This document shows, in pieces, positions 10,039-21,049 of a stretch of 64,000 nt of DNA. The first letter of the stretch is position 1; every line of letters starts with the position of its first letter. The notes beneath the pieces were generated by a model. The model was not told the origin of the DNA. It worked only from the letters and a program-made list of their open reading frames with translations, and made no database searches. This DNA comes from Escherichia phage CMSTMSU. Where the stretch lies: sequence record MH494197.1, one strand, 5' to 3'. Position numbers and translations under genes: made by a program.

Positions 10039-10830
10039 TCATAACCTCAATCTTACTTGGCATGAACCTGTGCTTGTTTTTACATACAACTCATCATCTT
10101 CAATGAAAGATGTGAACATGAATACCATATCTTCACGTGGAATTGAGAGAATATTACAGTTTTCATTTTCAGCAACAGGGGAATCATTGTAGTACTTAGA
10201 GAATGCAGTACTTTGACGACCGATTATGATAGAATTTCGGATTAGAAAATTACTACAGTACTGAAAATCTTTGTAGTACTTGTCAAGGATATATGGCATT
10301 ATCGCTTCTTTCACTTCTTCATATCCATTTGAACTATCAATTGCAGTACAATAATCTTCTCGGTCTTTATTCCCTCGATGATTATCAAACTCGTACTCAA
10401 AGAATAAATTTTCATTTAATGAATTATTTGAACCAACTGATCCACTATAGTATGATTTTCTATCATTCATTCGATCATCGGGGCATGATGCATACATAGA
10501 AATGTCATGTGTTGACGTACCGATATAAATTTTCTTAGTAATGTGATTGTACGCGATGTAATCATAATCTTGTACTCCAGTGAGCATTAACTGGAACATC
10601 AATTCATCAGGAACATCAATTAACGGGTACTCAAACTTCGAATATCTACTACGACAGAAATTCTTTTCAAATGCTCGATATGCGATGAAATCTTTTAGGT
10701 TTGTAATAGATTCATGCTCATGTGTATTACTTGTGCGTACATTGACATTAGTAGACGAGCAATACCCTTCAGATTCTTCTGCGTAGTCATAATAACCCTT
10801 ACTGTAGTCAACGATTAGATAAAGTTTCAT
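10039..10830 (-). CDS. hypothetical protein (263 aa)
   Basis: long clean minus-strand ORF; GGAGAT SD upstream; no motif recognised. Confidence 0.5.
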   Translation of the reverse strand: MKLYLIVDYSKGYYDYAEESEGYCSSTNVNVRTSNTHEHESITNLKDFIAYRAFEKNFCRSRYSKFEYPLIDVPDELMFQLMLTGVQDYDYIAYNHITKKIYIGTSTHDISMYASCPDDRMNDRKSYYSGSVGSNNSLNENLFFEYEFDNHRGNKDREDYCTAIDSSNGYEEVKEAIMPYILDKYYKDFQYCSNFLIRNSIIIGRQSTAFSKYYNDSPVAENENCNILSIPREDMVFMFTSFIEDDELYVKTSTGSCQVRLRL

Positions 10831-10840
10831 ATATCTCCAG

Positions 10841-10872
10841 ACAAAAAGGACGAGATATTATATCCCGTCCTT
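10841..10872 (-). terminator. rho-independent terminator (minus strand)
   Basis: stem AGGACG/CGTCCT with 13 nt loop followed by U-run in the minus-strand transcript, between two genes. Confidence 0.45.
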
Positions 10873-10879
10873 TGGTTTA

Positions 10880-11184
10880 TTAGTGGCTTGCCCAGCAGTA
10901 AACAGGACGTAGATTTTCCATTGGGTTTACTTCAGGCTTCAGTACTGTAACACGAACTTCATACGGAGTACCATCTGCATGATGGAACGTTTCGTAATGA
11001 ATACTCTCAATGAAGGTTTCATATTCTTCTTGAGAACGTGAACGAACTGATGGGGAATATTTCTTTTGGTATCTGATTTTAGTGTAACACTTACTAGTTC
11101 TGATTCTTCACCATTTTCAAGTTTATTGAAATCGAACTCTGGTACACCTTCAAACATATCAAATTTCATTCCGTTGTCTTCCAT
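10880..11184 (-). CDS. hypothetical protein, apparent frameshift at a CCCC run
   Basis: track ORF 10939..11184 continues in another frame to a stop near 10880 if one C is added at aatattCCCCatcag. Confidence 0.4.
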
Positions 11185-11233
11185 TTTAAATTCCTTTTAT
11201 ATAATGTTAGTTAGATAGTTTTAATAAATCAGA

Positions 11234-11572
11234 TTAGATTACGTCATACGGTAGAGTACCGTGACGGAATTTATCAAGTTGTGCAAGAACTTCTTTACGT
11301 TCGACAATCTCTGGCACATCTTCTTGCAGTTGGTCACATACTTCAACGATGAAATCCCAATCGCTCTCACAACTCACACGTACTGCTTCAATTGTTTTCC
11401 AATCAGCACTAATTTCACCTTCAGGATTTACATACGAAGGCCATACCTTTCCATAGTCTTGTACTGATTTGTCGTTAAGAACACGAATAGCATTGAAAAT
11501 CTGTCCAGTACTGAAGTGTTTAGTATTCTTCATGTCTTCTAAGCAACATAGCTTAGGTTCACCCGACTTCAA
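11234..11572 (-). CDS. hypothetical protein
   Basis: track ORF 112 aa. Confidence 0.45.
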   Translation of the reverse strand: MKSGEPKLCCLEDMKNTKHFSTGQIFNAIRVLNDKSVQDYGKVWPSYVNPEGEISADWKTIEAVRVSCESDWDFIVEVCDQLQEDVPEIVERKEVLAQLDKFRHGTLPYDVI

Positions 11573-11687
11573 TCAGAAGTACACCACCAATAGCTTTTAG
11601 AACAGAACTTGTATTCATCTATATCTCCATTTATCAAAAAGATGTGAACATTATATCACAAGGAATTGTCATGTCCACAATATTTTA

Positions 11688-11978
11688 TCAAATAGTCAAA
11701 CTTTCGTGCCAGTTATTGAAATCGTTAATAGCCAGCATAAACATATTCTCATCATTAAATTCTAGAATATGTTCATTGTATAAGTAGCTAATGTACTTAT
11801 TACTACAGTGTTTGCTATTCATAATTAGCATTTCAACTGCACGTTCATACGAACATGGGCTGAGATACAATTTTGTTCCATCAGGATGCTCAATCTCCAC
11901 TGCACGTGGAATAAAACGTTCACCAGTATAAGGGATATACGGCTCTGTTTTGAAAATAAGTTTGAATTTAGTATCCAT
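11688..11978 (-). CDS. hypothetical protein
   Basis: track ORF 96 aa. Confidence 0.45.
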   Translation of the reverse strand: MDTKFKLIFKTEPYIPYTGERFIPRAVEIEHPDGTKLYLSPCSYERAVEMLIMNSKHCSNKYISYLYNEHILEFNDENMFMLAINDFNNWHESLTI

Positions 11979-12048
11979 ACCAAATCCTCCATAATTACAT
12001 TGTTTCTTTTATGTTGCGTAACATAGTATTAACTATGTTCATCTTCCC

Positions 12049-12756
12049 CTAACTTGAAGTAATATTCCAATTTATTAATAATATTACTTTTAATATCTCA
12101 AATATTTGATATTCATTTGTTTCGAAACTAAGTTCGAATTGGAAAGTATATAAATTGTTGAATAGATGTACCAACGATGCATCAGGTGATTCCATTGTAA
12201 ATGTGTAGTTGGCACGATAACCAGTACTAATCACCACTTCCGATGATTCACCTTTCATGGATATGTCAATATTATACATCATTGGGCGACCAGTTGCAAT
12301 ATCTTTCATTCGGAAGAATGCAGTACTGCGATACACAACACCATCTTCGGTAACCTTTTCTTGTATAGTGATATTTGAAACTTCACTCTCTTTGAATTTG
12401 GATTCGAATGAATGAATACGATTTGATTTTTCATCATCCGTATACATAGTGCATGTATATTTTCCAAAATCATCTCTAGATGTATATGATTTATCGCTGG
12501 CGGTTTTATAAAACGAAACCCCATTGATGTGTTCTTCTTTGTACATCATTGTGTCATTGGATTTGTAGTATGAACAATTAGGTGTTGAAAGAGATTCAAA
12601 ATTGTTCACATCATGACAGTAAGAAATAGAAGAATCGCTATACAGTACTACATCACGAATTGCAACTTCTTTTGAAGTACCTTTTGACAGAAATTTGAAA
12701 GTCATTGCATGGGAAGATTCTATATCCATCGTATGTATCTGATGTACTGATACCAA
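12049..12756 (-). CDS. hypothetical protein (235 aa)
   Basis: long minus-strand ORF. Confidence 0.5.
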   Translation of the reverse strand: MVSVHQIHTMDIESSHAMTFKFLSKGTSKEVAIRDVVLYSDSSISYCHDVNNFESLSTPNCSYYKSNDTMMYKEEHINGVSFYKTASDKSYTSRDDFGKYTCTMYTDDEKSNRIHSFESKFKESEVSNITIQEKVTEDGVVYRSTAFFRMKDIATGRPMMYNIDISMKGESSEVVISTGYRANYTFTMESPDASLVHLFNNLYTFQFELSFETNEYQIFEILKVILLINWNITSS

Positions 12757-12991
12757 ATGGTGTTGGGGAATTCAGAAATTCGTTGATATGTTCAAGTACT
12801 GAATACTTTTGAAATTACGAAAATCTGTTGTATCCATAGTAATACAATCTCCTAAATTTCGGACAAAATTAGTCGAGAATAAATCTCGACTTGTGTTTTA
12901 CTTTACCATTCTTCATTGCTTTTTACGGTCCACATGTGTTTGAGGTTTATTAAACTCATTCATATGCTTTTGTACAAAGTTGTTTACATTT

Positions 12992-13372
12992 TTAGCCATA
13001 CTTACTCCAAATCGGATCTTTAACTGTTAGGCTTTCAATATCACTTGCGTAAAGAACTACATTAGTTTGTGTCTCTGATACTTTAAAATCATGATAACTA
13101 TCTTTCACTTTAAAATTATCCAAAATAAACCCTTTACTACAACACATCATGATTTTATCATCTTTGATAGTGTATGTATTCTTTTTCTTACGTACTTCAG
13201 ATTGTGGGGTAATATTATCATTGTTACGAATAACACAATCAATGTACTCGTCATTTGTACTCATAGGCATACCCATGATAAACGAATTGCTAGTACTGAT
13301 TGTTAGTATGAAAACATTAGTATTTGGATTGTGAAAGAAGTCGTGCATAGTTTTACTGCATAAAACAAGCAC
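12992..13372 (-). CDS. hypothetical protein
   Basis: track ORF 126 aa. Confidence 0.4.
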   Translation of the reverse strand: MLVLCSKTMHDFFHNPNTNVFILTISTSNSFIMGMPMSTNDEYIDCVIRNNDNITPQSEVRKKKNTYTIKDDKIMMCCSKGFILDNFKVKDSYHDFKVSETQTNVVLYASDIESLTVKDPIWSKYG

Positions 13373-13556
13373 TGAATTATGTCCTTTACATTGAACATTA
13401 TATCATGAACTTTGAATGCGTCCAACTCTAAAATGTCATCTATCTTTCCATTCTCAACAGTTTTAATCTCCATGATCTATCCTTGATCTTCAAAGGCACT
13501 CCATGTGCACATATATTAGGTCACAGCTTTGTATTTCTCCATTGCTTCGGTGATAT

Positions 13557-14015
13557 TCAATACTGCTTGCGGTACGTCATTTTGTTGTATGCAGTGGTTA
13601 GTTTTTCCATGTTATTGAGAAGACTTAGAAACAATGGAAGTACTTCTGCATTGTCACTGAAGTTACAATCATTGACAGTACTCAATTGGAATAACTCACC
13701 AGCATCAACATTGAGTGTGTTGTATTCTTTAACAATGTTTTCTTCAGTATTGAAGATGTAGAATACAGTCCCCATGTGGTGTAAGTATACACCAGTATCA
13801 TTCTGAATATGACATGGGGTGATTACAATTGCTGTGTTATCAATATTATTTACTATTGTCAAACGCAGACTATGTAACCCAAAGATTACAGTACAATCCT
13901 TTGTACTGTGTTGGATCTGGTCACTAGTAAAGGAAGACCCACTATGATTTTTAGATCCATTTAGTATTTCTTTGATAATTTTAAATGAATACTTCATAGA
14001 ATTAGTTAAAAGCAT
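13557..14015 (-). CDS. hypothetical protein, weak family A motif
   Basis: 152 aa; DAGELFQLSTVND. Confidence 0.45.
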   Translation of the reverse strand: MLLTNSMKYSFKIIKEILNGSKNHSGSSFTSDQIQHSTKDCTVIFGLHSLRLTIVNNIDNTAIVITPCHIQNDTGVYLHHMGTVFYIFNTEENIVKEYNTLNVDAGELFQLSTVNDCNFSDNAEVLPLFLSLLNNMEKLTTAYNKMTYRKQY

Positions 14016-14359
14016 GAACTTTACCTTTAAGTAAATTAATTAATGTTCGCATAGATTCAGTACTGACAGTACCAAAATCAACACCTAAGCACTCGTATTG
14101 AAAGAACTCAATAGAATCAATTGAGTCCAAAGGAATCTCAACAACCTGATTCCCTATACCAGACATAGTAACATTGCTTTTATTAATCGTCAAGAAGTTT
14201 TTGAATAAGTATTAAATTTTAGTGAAATCGCATCGGGTGCTTTGTAACAATGCAGTACTGGGAGCCATACACATATAGTACTTTACTTTCACTAAGATCC
14301 GTTTTAAAAAATGAATCCCATTGAAGTATTTCTCATTGGCTCCCATCGCCGCGATTAGT

Positions 14360-14686
14360 TCATCTGTTGTTGTTAACCTTGTTTCGTTCTTCGTTAAACT
14401 GTTGAAAAGCATAGAATACTACCTTAACCATTTGTAGTGTTTCAGACATTACTTCTGATGAAAATTCAACATCATTGAATTTCAGCATAGTGTTCTGTGT
14501 AAAGAAAGTTGCTTCTAAGTCTTCCAGATTGAAGGGTTCATCAAACAAATTAGTACTGAACATGTCAGTCTTCTTCTTGTATGTGAACAAGAATTTGGAA
14601 TTATAACGAAGAACTATTTCATCTTTATTAACCAAAATACGTGCAATGTTCTGACGTGTCAATGTGGTAATGTTTAAATTGAACAC
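14360..14686 (-). CDS. hypothetical protein, degenerate family A motif
   Basis: 108 aa; EDLEATFFTQNTML. Confidence 0.4.
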   Translation of the reverse strand: MFNLNITTLTRQNIARILVNKDEIVLRYNSKFLFTYKKKTDMFSTNLFDEPFNLEDLEATFFTQNTMLKFNDVEFSSEVMSETLQMVKVVFYAFQQFNEERNKVNNNR

Positions 14687-14911
14687 GTTCTTGCGTGTTT
14701 CAGTGATATCAACAAAATACCCATCTCCTGATGGATATTACATCGTACATCCAACCCTTTCTGTACTGTATTGAACAGTGCATCTTGAATAAAATAATTT
14801 GCTGTATCGATGTTTCCTAAAATGTCTAACATAACTTCTCCTTGATTGCTGTCATATTTAGAAGAAATTCTTCAAGCAATTCCTCTGTAACATACTCAAC
14901 ATACCAGAATA

Positions 14912-15343
14912 TCACAATATCTTTGAAAGTCGAGTATTCTTAAAAATATCTACTAACTCTTTGTAGTACTCAAGATCATATACATCTTTTATAATTAGTG
15001 AGTACTGAAATAGTGATTCTTCAGTTAACTTAAATTCTGGATATAGTAAGTCATTAAATTCTAATGATTCTGATTGTACTTTTATTTTAGTGAAGTCATT
15101 TGTTAATCCACCATTATATCCATATAATGCAGCGTAATTCACGAACTTGGCTTTTGGATTAAAATCAAGAACAGTTTCACCTTTATATGACAATCGGTGG
15201 AACGCCGTGAACTTTGTAATTTGCCACGGTTGCTTAATGCCTAAGTCATTTATGTCTTTATTATTGTACATAAGAACTGTGAATATTTCAGCAATCTTCA
15301 ATAATAATTTAGTACGTGCTAGTACTGTCATAGGTTCAATCAT
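14912..15343 (-). CDS. family A paralog
   Basis: core TEESLFQYSLII near C-terminus. Confidence 0.5.
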   Translation of the reverse strand: MIEPMTVLARTKLLLKIAEIFTVLMYNNKDINDLGIKQPWQITKFTAFHRLSYKGETVLDFNPKAKFVNYAALYGYNGGLTNDFTKIKVQSESLEFNDLLYPEFKLTEESLFQYSLIIKDVYDLEYYKELVDIFKNTRLSKIL

Positions 15344-15813
15344 TATACACCTTCATATTCATCAAGGAAATCTTCGATGATCATTTCTGCATCATCCATA
15401 TGCATAGCATCTACTTCAACAATGCGAACCTTAGATGCATCCCAAATCATATAGCTAGGAACTGTATCTGGTTCGTAATCGTTCTTGTACTGAACTGCAT
15501 CATAGCCGTTAATTTCGCAGTACTCAATCACTCCACGCCATTCGTCGTCACTGCCCATATCCGTCCACAGAAGCACGTTATCAACATCAACTTCTAAGGT
15601 ATGTAAGTATACTGTATCAGCGTCAACAACGTTCAGTGGGCTTCTCAGCTTGCGTAATGCAGCTTCTAAAGCACTGTGTTTACCTCCCATATGAAGGCCA
15701 CCATACGGGATATAAAAGTTATCAATTTTACAGTACTCGCATGATACAGTTTCATTATTCATTCCTATTTCAGTACTTTGACCGGGCTTTAACCGCTGTT
15801 TCAAGTTGTGCAA
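15343..15813 (-). CDS. hypothetical protein (156 aa)
   Basis: track ORF; acidic C-terminus; no motif recognised. Confidence 0.45.
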   Translation of the reverse strand: MHNLKQRLKPGQSTEIGMNNETVSCEYCKIDNFYIPYGGLHMGGKHSALEAALRKLRSPLNVVDADTVYLHTLEVDVDNVLLWTDMGSDDEWRGVIEYCEINGYDAVQYKNDYEPDTVPSYMIWDASKVRIVEVDAMHMDDAEMIIEDFLDEYEGV

Positions 15814-16219
15814 AGTCGTTGATTGTAAGATAATGAATACCCAATGTACTCATTTCTGAATCTATTTTACTATACAAATCGAACATGTCAAGTAGATATT
15901 GATATGTATATGACTCCGATGACACACATGATTCTTGAAATAGACGTTCTTCCATATCATTTACTACTTCATCATTTACGTCTCGAATCACACCATCTTT
16001 GTATGTGTAGTAAATCTCATCCCATTCATCTGATAAGCGGAATAGTAAAGGCTTACCATTAAACATCTCAAGGTCATATGCATTGACTTCACTCAATAAC
16101 ATATCATCAGGATCAGGTGTGAAATCGAATTGAGCGAGTGAAGAACCATCATAATCCTTAAGGAATACACCAATAGCATTCAATTTAACTTCGCCATAAT
16201 TGCCATTCTTGAACTTCAC
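15770..16219 (-). CDS. family A paralog
   Basis: core MEERLFQESCVS. Confidence 0.5.
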   Translation of the reverse strand: MKFKNGNYGEVKLNAIGVFLKDYDGSSLAQFDFTPDPDDMLLSEVNAYDLEMFNGKPLLFRLSDEWDEIYYTYKDGVIRDVNDEVVNDMEERLFQESCVSSESYTYQYLLDMFDLYSKIDSEMSTLGIHYLTINDFAQLETAVKARSKY

Positions 16220-16336
16220 ACGAATATTAATATCAATGCTTTGAACCGTATCATCATCTTGGAACTGATAATCAATTTTATACTTTTCCCAAAGTTTTTA
16301 ATATCTTTGAAGTACTTAATTTTACTTTCTATTTCT

Positions 16337-16564
16337 TTAAAGTTCATCTGGAACCACCATCTCTTGTATGTTCTTGCATTTTATCATTGCACAATTAGTA
16401 TGTAAAATGATAGAGTACTTATGTAATGATTTAATTTTATAACACTCATTAAGTACTGAAATGATGCCCCATAACTCTTCTACATCAATAGTGATAGGTT
16501 CACTAGTACTAAGTTGCATTAGTGCTGCTTCCACATCATCTTTGTTATTGATTTTGAACTGCAT
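16337..16564 (-). CDS. hypothetical protein
   Basis: track ORF 75 aa. Confidence 0.35.
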   Translation of the reverse strand: MQFKINNKDDVEAALMQLSTSEPITIDVEELWGIISVLNECYKIKSLHKYSIILHTNCAMIKCKNIQEMVVPDEL

Positions 16565-16572
16565 ACCACGTT

Positions 16573-16833
16573 TCAGTATTTTGGTTTTGGATTATACTCT
16601 GCCATTACATCACCTTCAGGGTAACCCTCGTGTAATAATAATGTAGTCTCATAATCTCCACAATTGAAATTAATTTCATCATAGTCAGGAACACAAATCA
16701 TTCCTTCACCATATTGATTATCTACTGATTCGATTGTTAAAATACGCTGATGTTCATTACTCAGGATAATAGAATCGTGCCAGTACTGCGTAGTGAATTT
16801 ACTACGTTTCTTTTGACAGCACATACTTGACAT
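16573..16833 (-). CDS. hypothetical protein
   Basis: track ORF 86 aa. Confidence 0.35.
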   Translation of the reverse strand: MSSMCCQKKRSKFTTQYWHDSIILSNEHQRILTIESVDNQYGEGMICVPDYDEINFNCGDYETTLLLHEGYPEGDVMAEYNPKPKY

Positions 16834-16930
16834 GGGACCATACTTTTATATAGGGACTTCTTGAATGCTATCGCACGAGCCACCTTAATAACTTCTCGAA
16901 TTAGGTCAATAGCTTCTTGATAACTTTTTC

Positions 16931-17137
16931 TCATTTGTCGTACCCATATAAAATATGATCTAGTGTGCATTGTACTTCTTCATGGAAGAACAATGGGTAA
17001 ATTTGTATTAATTTTTCTTTAAGTTCAAGTGAATGGCATAATTCTAATGCTTTGATACAATCTTCATATTGAACTAAGCTATGTATTGTACTTAACTGGA
17101 AATGTTGTTCTTCAGAGTAAGCTAAATCATATACCAA
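16931..17137 (-). CDS. family A paralog
   Basis: core SEEQHFQLSTIH. Confidence 0.45.
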   Translation of the reverse strand: MVYDLAYSEEQHFQLSTIHSLVQYEDCIKALELCHSLELKEKLIQIYPLFFHEEVQCTLDHILYGYDK

Positions 17138-17224
17138 ATTATCATCTAAAAGGTTTGATTTCTTTGAAGGATCAAGTACTGTGTTGCTATGACCTACCCA
17201 GAAAAAGCATTGGTGTTCATATTA

Positions 17225-17479
17225 TTACAACCCCAACCTGCCCCATTTTTGGTGAATAGCAAAGACACAACTATCATAGAGATTAATACCAAGACGCTCT
17301 TCGTTGACATAAATCGTAACACCATCGATTGTCATGGTTATTTGGAAACGCATTGAACCTTCACTTCGTGATCGTGCACAGAAGCCAAGATAACGGTTGA
17401 TAATTGTATTGATTTTATCTGCCCATCCTTCCACATCTTTGGATGCACATAATTTAAAAAGATCATGACTTTGATTCAT
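17225..17479 (-). CDS. hypothetical protein
   Basis: track ORF 84 aa. Confidence 0.35.
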   Translation of the reverse strand: MNQSHDLFKLCASKDVEGWADKINTIINRYLGFCARSRSEGSMRFQITMTIDGVTIYVNEERLGINLYDSCVFAIHQKWGRLGL

Positions 17480-18053
17480 GTAGTTCTCCGTTAATCAAGC
17501 ATAAGTGGCATCATCGCCCATATCTTTTCATAATCATATCTTCAGTAAAACAAACGTTTTAGGTGCAGTATATGATATTGACAACCCAAATGGAAGTACG
17601 ATTGCATCATCAATTATATTATGAATATCAAACCATGTTTTACACAATCATATGGTGGAAGTTCATGTATTGTACTTAACTGAAAGTATTGTTCTTCACC
17701 AAATGTACTGCAATCAATATCACAAATTTTAGTGAATTGATGATTCCATTTAGATATAATACTGTTTTATTATTGAACATATTAGTTCTATGCATGAAAC
17801 CATTTCTGCTAATATGATTTGATATTGCGTTTTCTTCAATATCATTGCTTATTTTAAAATTCATGTCAAAGTTGTAGTGCGAACTCGACGATTCTTTGAA
17901 TTTTAAATGAAAATAACGATTGTTATTAATTTCCATTTCAATACAAAACACATCTGAATCAAAACGATTAAACTTGTAATCGTTGTCTTCAGGTAGAGTT
18001 TGTAATTTTTCATAACACCAAGCATAGGGTGCACTAAGCTTCTAATAAAATCA

Positions 18054-18446
18054 TTAGTTATTTTCATAGTATTCCTTTAGAACTTTAAATGATTCAACAA
18101 TACTATCTTGTGTGTAATTAGAACTATATACAATTGCATTTGATTTGATTGACCACAGATATGACATAAAGGTTATAACACTACTACATGAACTTAATGT
18201 ATTGTTTTGGAATTCATTTTCTTCAATGTTATCAGTACTGGTATTGATGAATTGGATAGTATCTTGTTTCTGATTAGACATTGAAACTAAAGTACAATCA
18301 GTATAAGGAGTGTACAAAAACGTCTCATTACTAATTGAACTATCATTAGTATATGATGGTTTGGTAATATAAATCAAACGCATGATATCACGCTCAATAC
18401 CCGATTTACGACTTTCCACTAAAGAAATCATATCTATATTTTTCAT
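18054..18446 (-). CDS. hypothetical protein
   Basis: track ORF 130 aa. Confidence 0.4.
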   Translation of the reverse strand: MKNIDMISLVESRKSGIERDIMRLIYITKPSYTNDSSISNETFLYTPYTDCTLVSMSNQKQDTIQFINTSTDNIEENEFQNNTLSSCSSVITFMSYLWSIKSNAIVYSSNYTQDSIVESFKVLKEYYENN

Positions 18447-18555
18447 ATGATCAACATTGACATGGAACTTTTGTTTAGAATTACATCTTTTGGGGAATTT
18501 TTATATGAAGATAAGATCTCATACATCTCAACTAATTCTCGTGCATTTAATAAAC

Positions 18556-18981
18556 TCATGTTTTGTCTCTTAATGAAAGAATATCCTTAGTATAAACTGA
18601 TACAGAAATGTGATTATATTTCATCATTAATTTATACACATAAGAAGCTAGTACTAAATCGTAAATTAATTTAGTATCATACAGTACTCCGTATTGTAAA
18701 GCAAGTGAATCAATATCATCTTTACTTTCAATATCCAGAAATGTGCCGAAATATGTAGTACCGTGGAGATGAAAATTGGAATTAATGCAATCAATGCATT
18801 CATTGTCCAACAGAGTAGATGATGATGCCCTCGGTGAATCCCAAATAGTCACTGCGTGTATGCCCTCAACGAACAAATCTATCCATATTTTGTGTCGTTG
18901 TCTTTTTGTTTTATAATTTTCTGGATTTGAAAGTGTAGTTTCAATTATATCCCATATGTATAAGCATTCATCTCTTGTCAT
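18556..18981 (-). CDS. hypothetical protein
   Basis: track ORF 141 aa. Confidence 0.45.
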   Translation of the reverse strand: MTRDECLYIWDIIETTLSNPENYKTKRQRHKIWIDLFVEGIHAVTIWDSPRASSSTLLDNECIDCINSNFHLHGTTYFGTFLDIESKDDIDSLALQYGVLYDTKLIYDLVLASYVYKLMMKYNHISVSVYTKDILSLRDKT

Positions 18982-19099
18982 TATAGCACCTTATCCATTG
19001 CTGCATTTAATGCTTTTAAACGATCAACATTCAAAGTATTGAAGATGTACGTTCCTAAAATGTGGAAATCGAACTGGTTCTTTTTGTATGTGTGATAAA

Positions 19100-19555
19100 T
19101 TAAACTACAAAAACAACAGTACTAAGAACCTCTTCCGGTATAACGGTGCTCATCTGAAACAGTTCTTCATCAACTGTACTTGATTCTGGATTGATAGCTT
19201 TTAACTCATACTCTTTATCACCGAATAGTACTTTAATATTATATAAAACACCAACAGTACTAATATGAAATGGATGGTGTGAAAAACTTCCATCATCATT
19301 AATTTGGATATCGGATCTAATCTCGCACTCTTCATTACTTTTACTATTATTTTTACAATACAAATATTCCGCACCAGAAATAGTAAGAATACCGTGATCG
19401 TAATATTCTTTGGACAAACATTTAGATGAAAATGACACATCACGAATGAGGTAATGTTTGTTAATTTCTTTGGCACTACCAACAATGTGTAGCATCTTTG
19501 TGCTGATATCATATAGCTGTTGGTGTCGGGCTGTCATATAACTATAAGCGTTCAT
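19100..19555 (-). CDS. family A paralog
   Basis: core VDEELFQMSTVI. Confidence 0.45.
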   Translation of the reverse strand: MNAYSYMTARHQQLYDISTKMLHIVGSAKEINKHYLIRDVSFSSKCLSKEYYDHGILTISGAEYLYCKNNSKSNEECEIRSDIQINDDGSFSHHPFHISTVGVLYNIKVLFGDKEYELKAINPESSTVDEELFQMSTVIPEEVLSTVVFVV

Positions 19556-19919
19556 ATGTATCCTTGATGTTTTGATTGCCGTGTAGCTCTTTTAATGTAT
19601 CGGATTCACAGTTAATGAACTTACTATACATTACCAATTCACCAGTGTCAATAGCTTTTGCAGTTTCATAGCAAAGCATCATGTACTCAAACTCCTTGAA
19701 GTTGTCAAGTACTGATCTCTGGAAAATGTATGCTTCACGAATGTCTTCACTTTGATCTAGTTCTGGTGGAATTTCCAAATATGTATCATTCTCTACGTCA
19801 TCAAAATTAGATTCAACAATTCGATTAATATCTTCGTGTAAAGCATTGACAAATATCATGTTTGGAGTAATGGAACCGATTTGCTCACTATGCCTTGATG
19901 TGCGGATATACATTGCCAT
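19542..19919 (-). CDS. family A paralog
   Basis: core IREAYIFQRSVLD. Confidence 0.5.
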   Translation of the reverse strand: MAMYIRTSRHSEQIGSITPNMIFVNALHEDINRIVESNFDDVENDTYLEIPPELDQSEDIREAYIFQRSVLDNFKEFEYMMLCYETAKAIDTGELVMYSKFINCESDTLKELHGNQNIKDTYERL

Positions 19920-20122
19920 AGTATCCCATGAACCTTTTTCGTCGTTCCATAATCGTAAACTTTATAAGACTCCAGTACTACTGAACCAAAACGATATGGT
20001 GATTTGCATTCAACTTTAAGACGATAATTTCCAATAGGCTCATGTTCAGTAATGTTGTGCTTTTCAGATAGTTCTGCAATGTCATGCATCAATTTCATAA
20101 TTTGAATGTGTTCAGCTTGCAT
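19856..20122 (-). CDS. hypothetical protein
   Basis: track ORF 88 aa. Confidence 0.35.
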   Translation of the reverse strand: MQAEHIQIMKLMHDIAELSEKHNITEHEPIGNYRLKVECKSPYRFGSVVLESYKVYDYGTTKKVHGILWQCISAHQGIVSKSVPLLQT

Positions 20123-20270
20123 TATAAGTCCTCTAATTTAACAGGTACATGTTCATTGATGAACGTCTTAAGAGCCAGTACTAGATCTTCTAATTCTTCT
20201 GTACTGAATTTTAATATAGTTTTAAAGATTATCAATTCATTTCTTTCTATAATCTTTGGAATTTCATATG

Positions 20271-20684
20271 CTAACATAAGATTGCGAACAGTACCAGCGT
20301 TGTGTATGAGGTTCGCATTGAATAAAAGTACATCGTACTCGTCTTTTTAATTTTATAATTGTACTCTTCAATTACTTCATGTGTGTATGTATTCTTATAG
20401 GCAATTTTATTTTTATGAAATTTATAACCAACAGTAACACTATCATCATAAAATGTAGAACGATAATCTTGTTTTCTATCGCCGGACGAAATGATGTGTA
20501 ATGCTGTGTATTTGTCCTCAACATCTAACTCAATGTTTGCATAACTGTTAACGGTTTCATTCTTTAGGACGTTAATGTTATATTTCTCATTAACTTTAAT
20601 GTACTGGCGTGAACCATTATCATCAATGAACTTAAAACAATGCTTTACCAACAATGTGATTTCTTTAATTAATTCAGTACTCAT
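20271..20684 (-). CDS. hypothetical protein
   Basis: track ORF 137 aa; promoter-like TTTACA-17-TATAAT and AGGAG SD upstream. Confidence 0.45.
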   Translation of the reverse strand: MSTELIKEITLLVKHCFKFIDDNGSRQYIKVNEKYNINVLKNETVNSYANIELDVEDKYTALHIISSGDRKQDYRSTFYDDSVTVGYKFHKNKIAYKNTYTHEVIEEYNYKIKKTSTMYFYSMRTSYTTLVLFAILC

Positions 20685-20711
20685 ATCTTCTCCTGTACTC
20701 TGTTAAAAGCG

Positions 20712-20740
20712 ATTATAACACACCTGAATGCTCATGTAAA
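20712..20740 (-). promoter_or_regulatory. sigma70-like promoter
   Basis: TTTACA - 17 nt - TATAAT read on minus strand, about 28 nt upstream of the ATG at 20684. Confidence 0.4.
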
Positions 20741-20750
20741 GCACTAAACA

Positions 20751-20778
20751 CAAAAAGACCCATAAGGGTCTTTATTTT
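20751..20778 (-). terminator. rho-independent terminator (possibly bidirectional)
   Basis: stem AGACCC/GGGTCT, 4 nt loop, flanked by A-run and T-run. Confidence 0.55.
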
Positions 20779-21049
20779 GGTAAAACGCTGTCAATGTACG
20801 CTAGAGCCTCATCTCGGAGGTACGTTCCATCTATTGTTATGTAATAGTTCTTAGGATATCACTCCCAATCTTCTCGTAAATTTTCATACATGATATCACA
20901 TCTTCATCACAAATGGTACTCAATTGAAACTGTACTTCATCAGTTAAAGGTACGATATCATGTTTAGATGGGGTTGGTATTTTCATTCAAAACAATATCA
21001 AACAAATTAGGAGTATTCTTTGACGAAATGTAACGATGTTTACTACGAA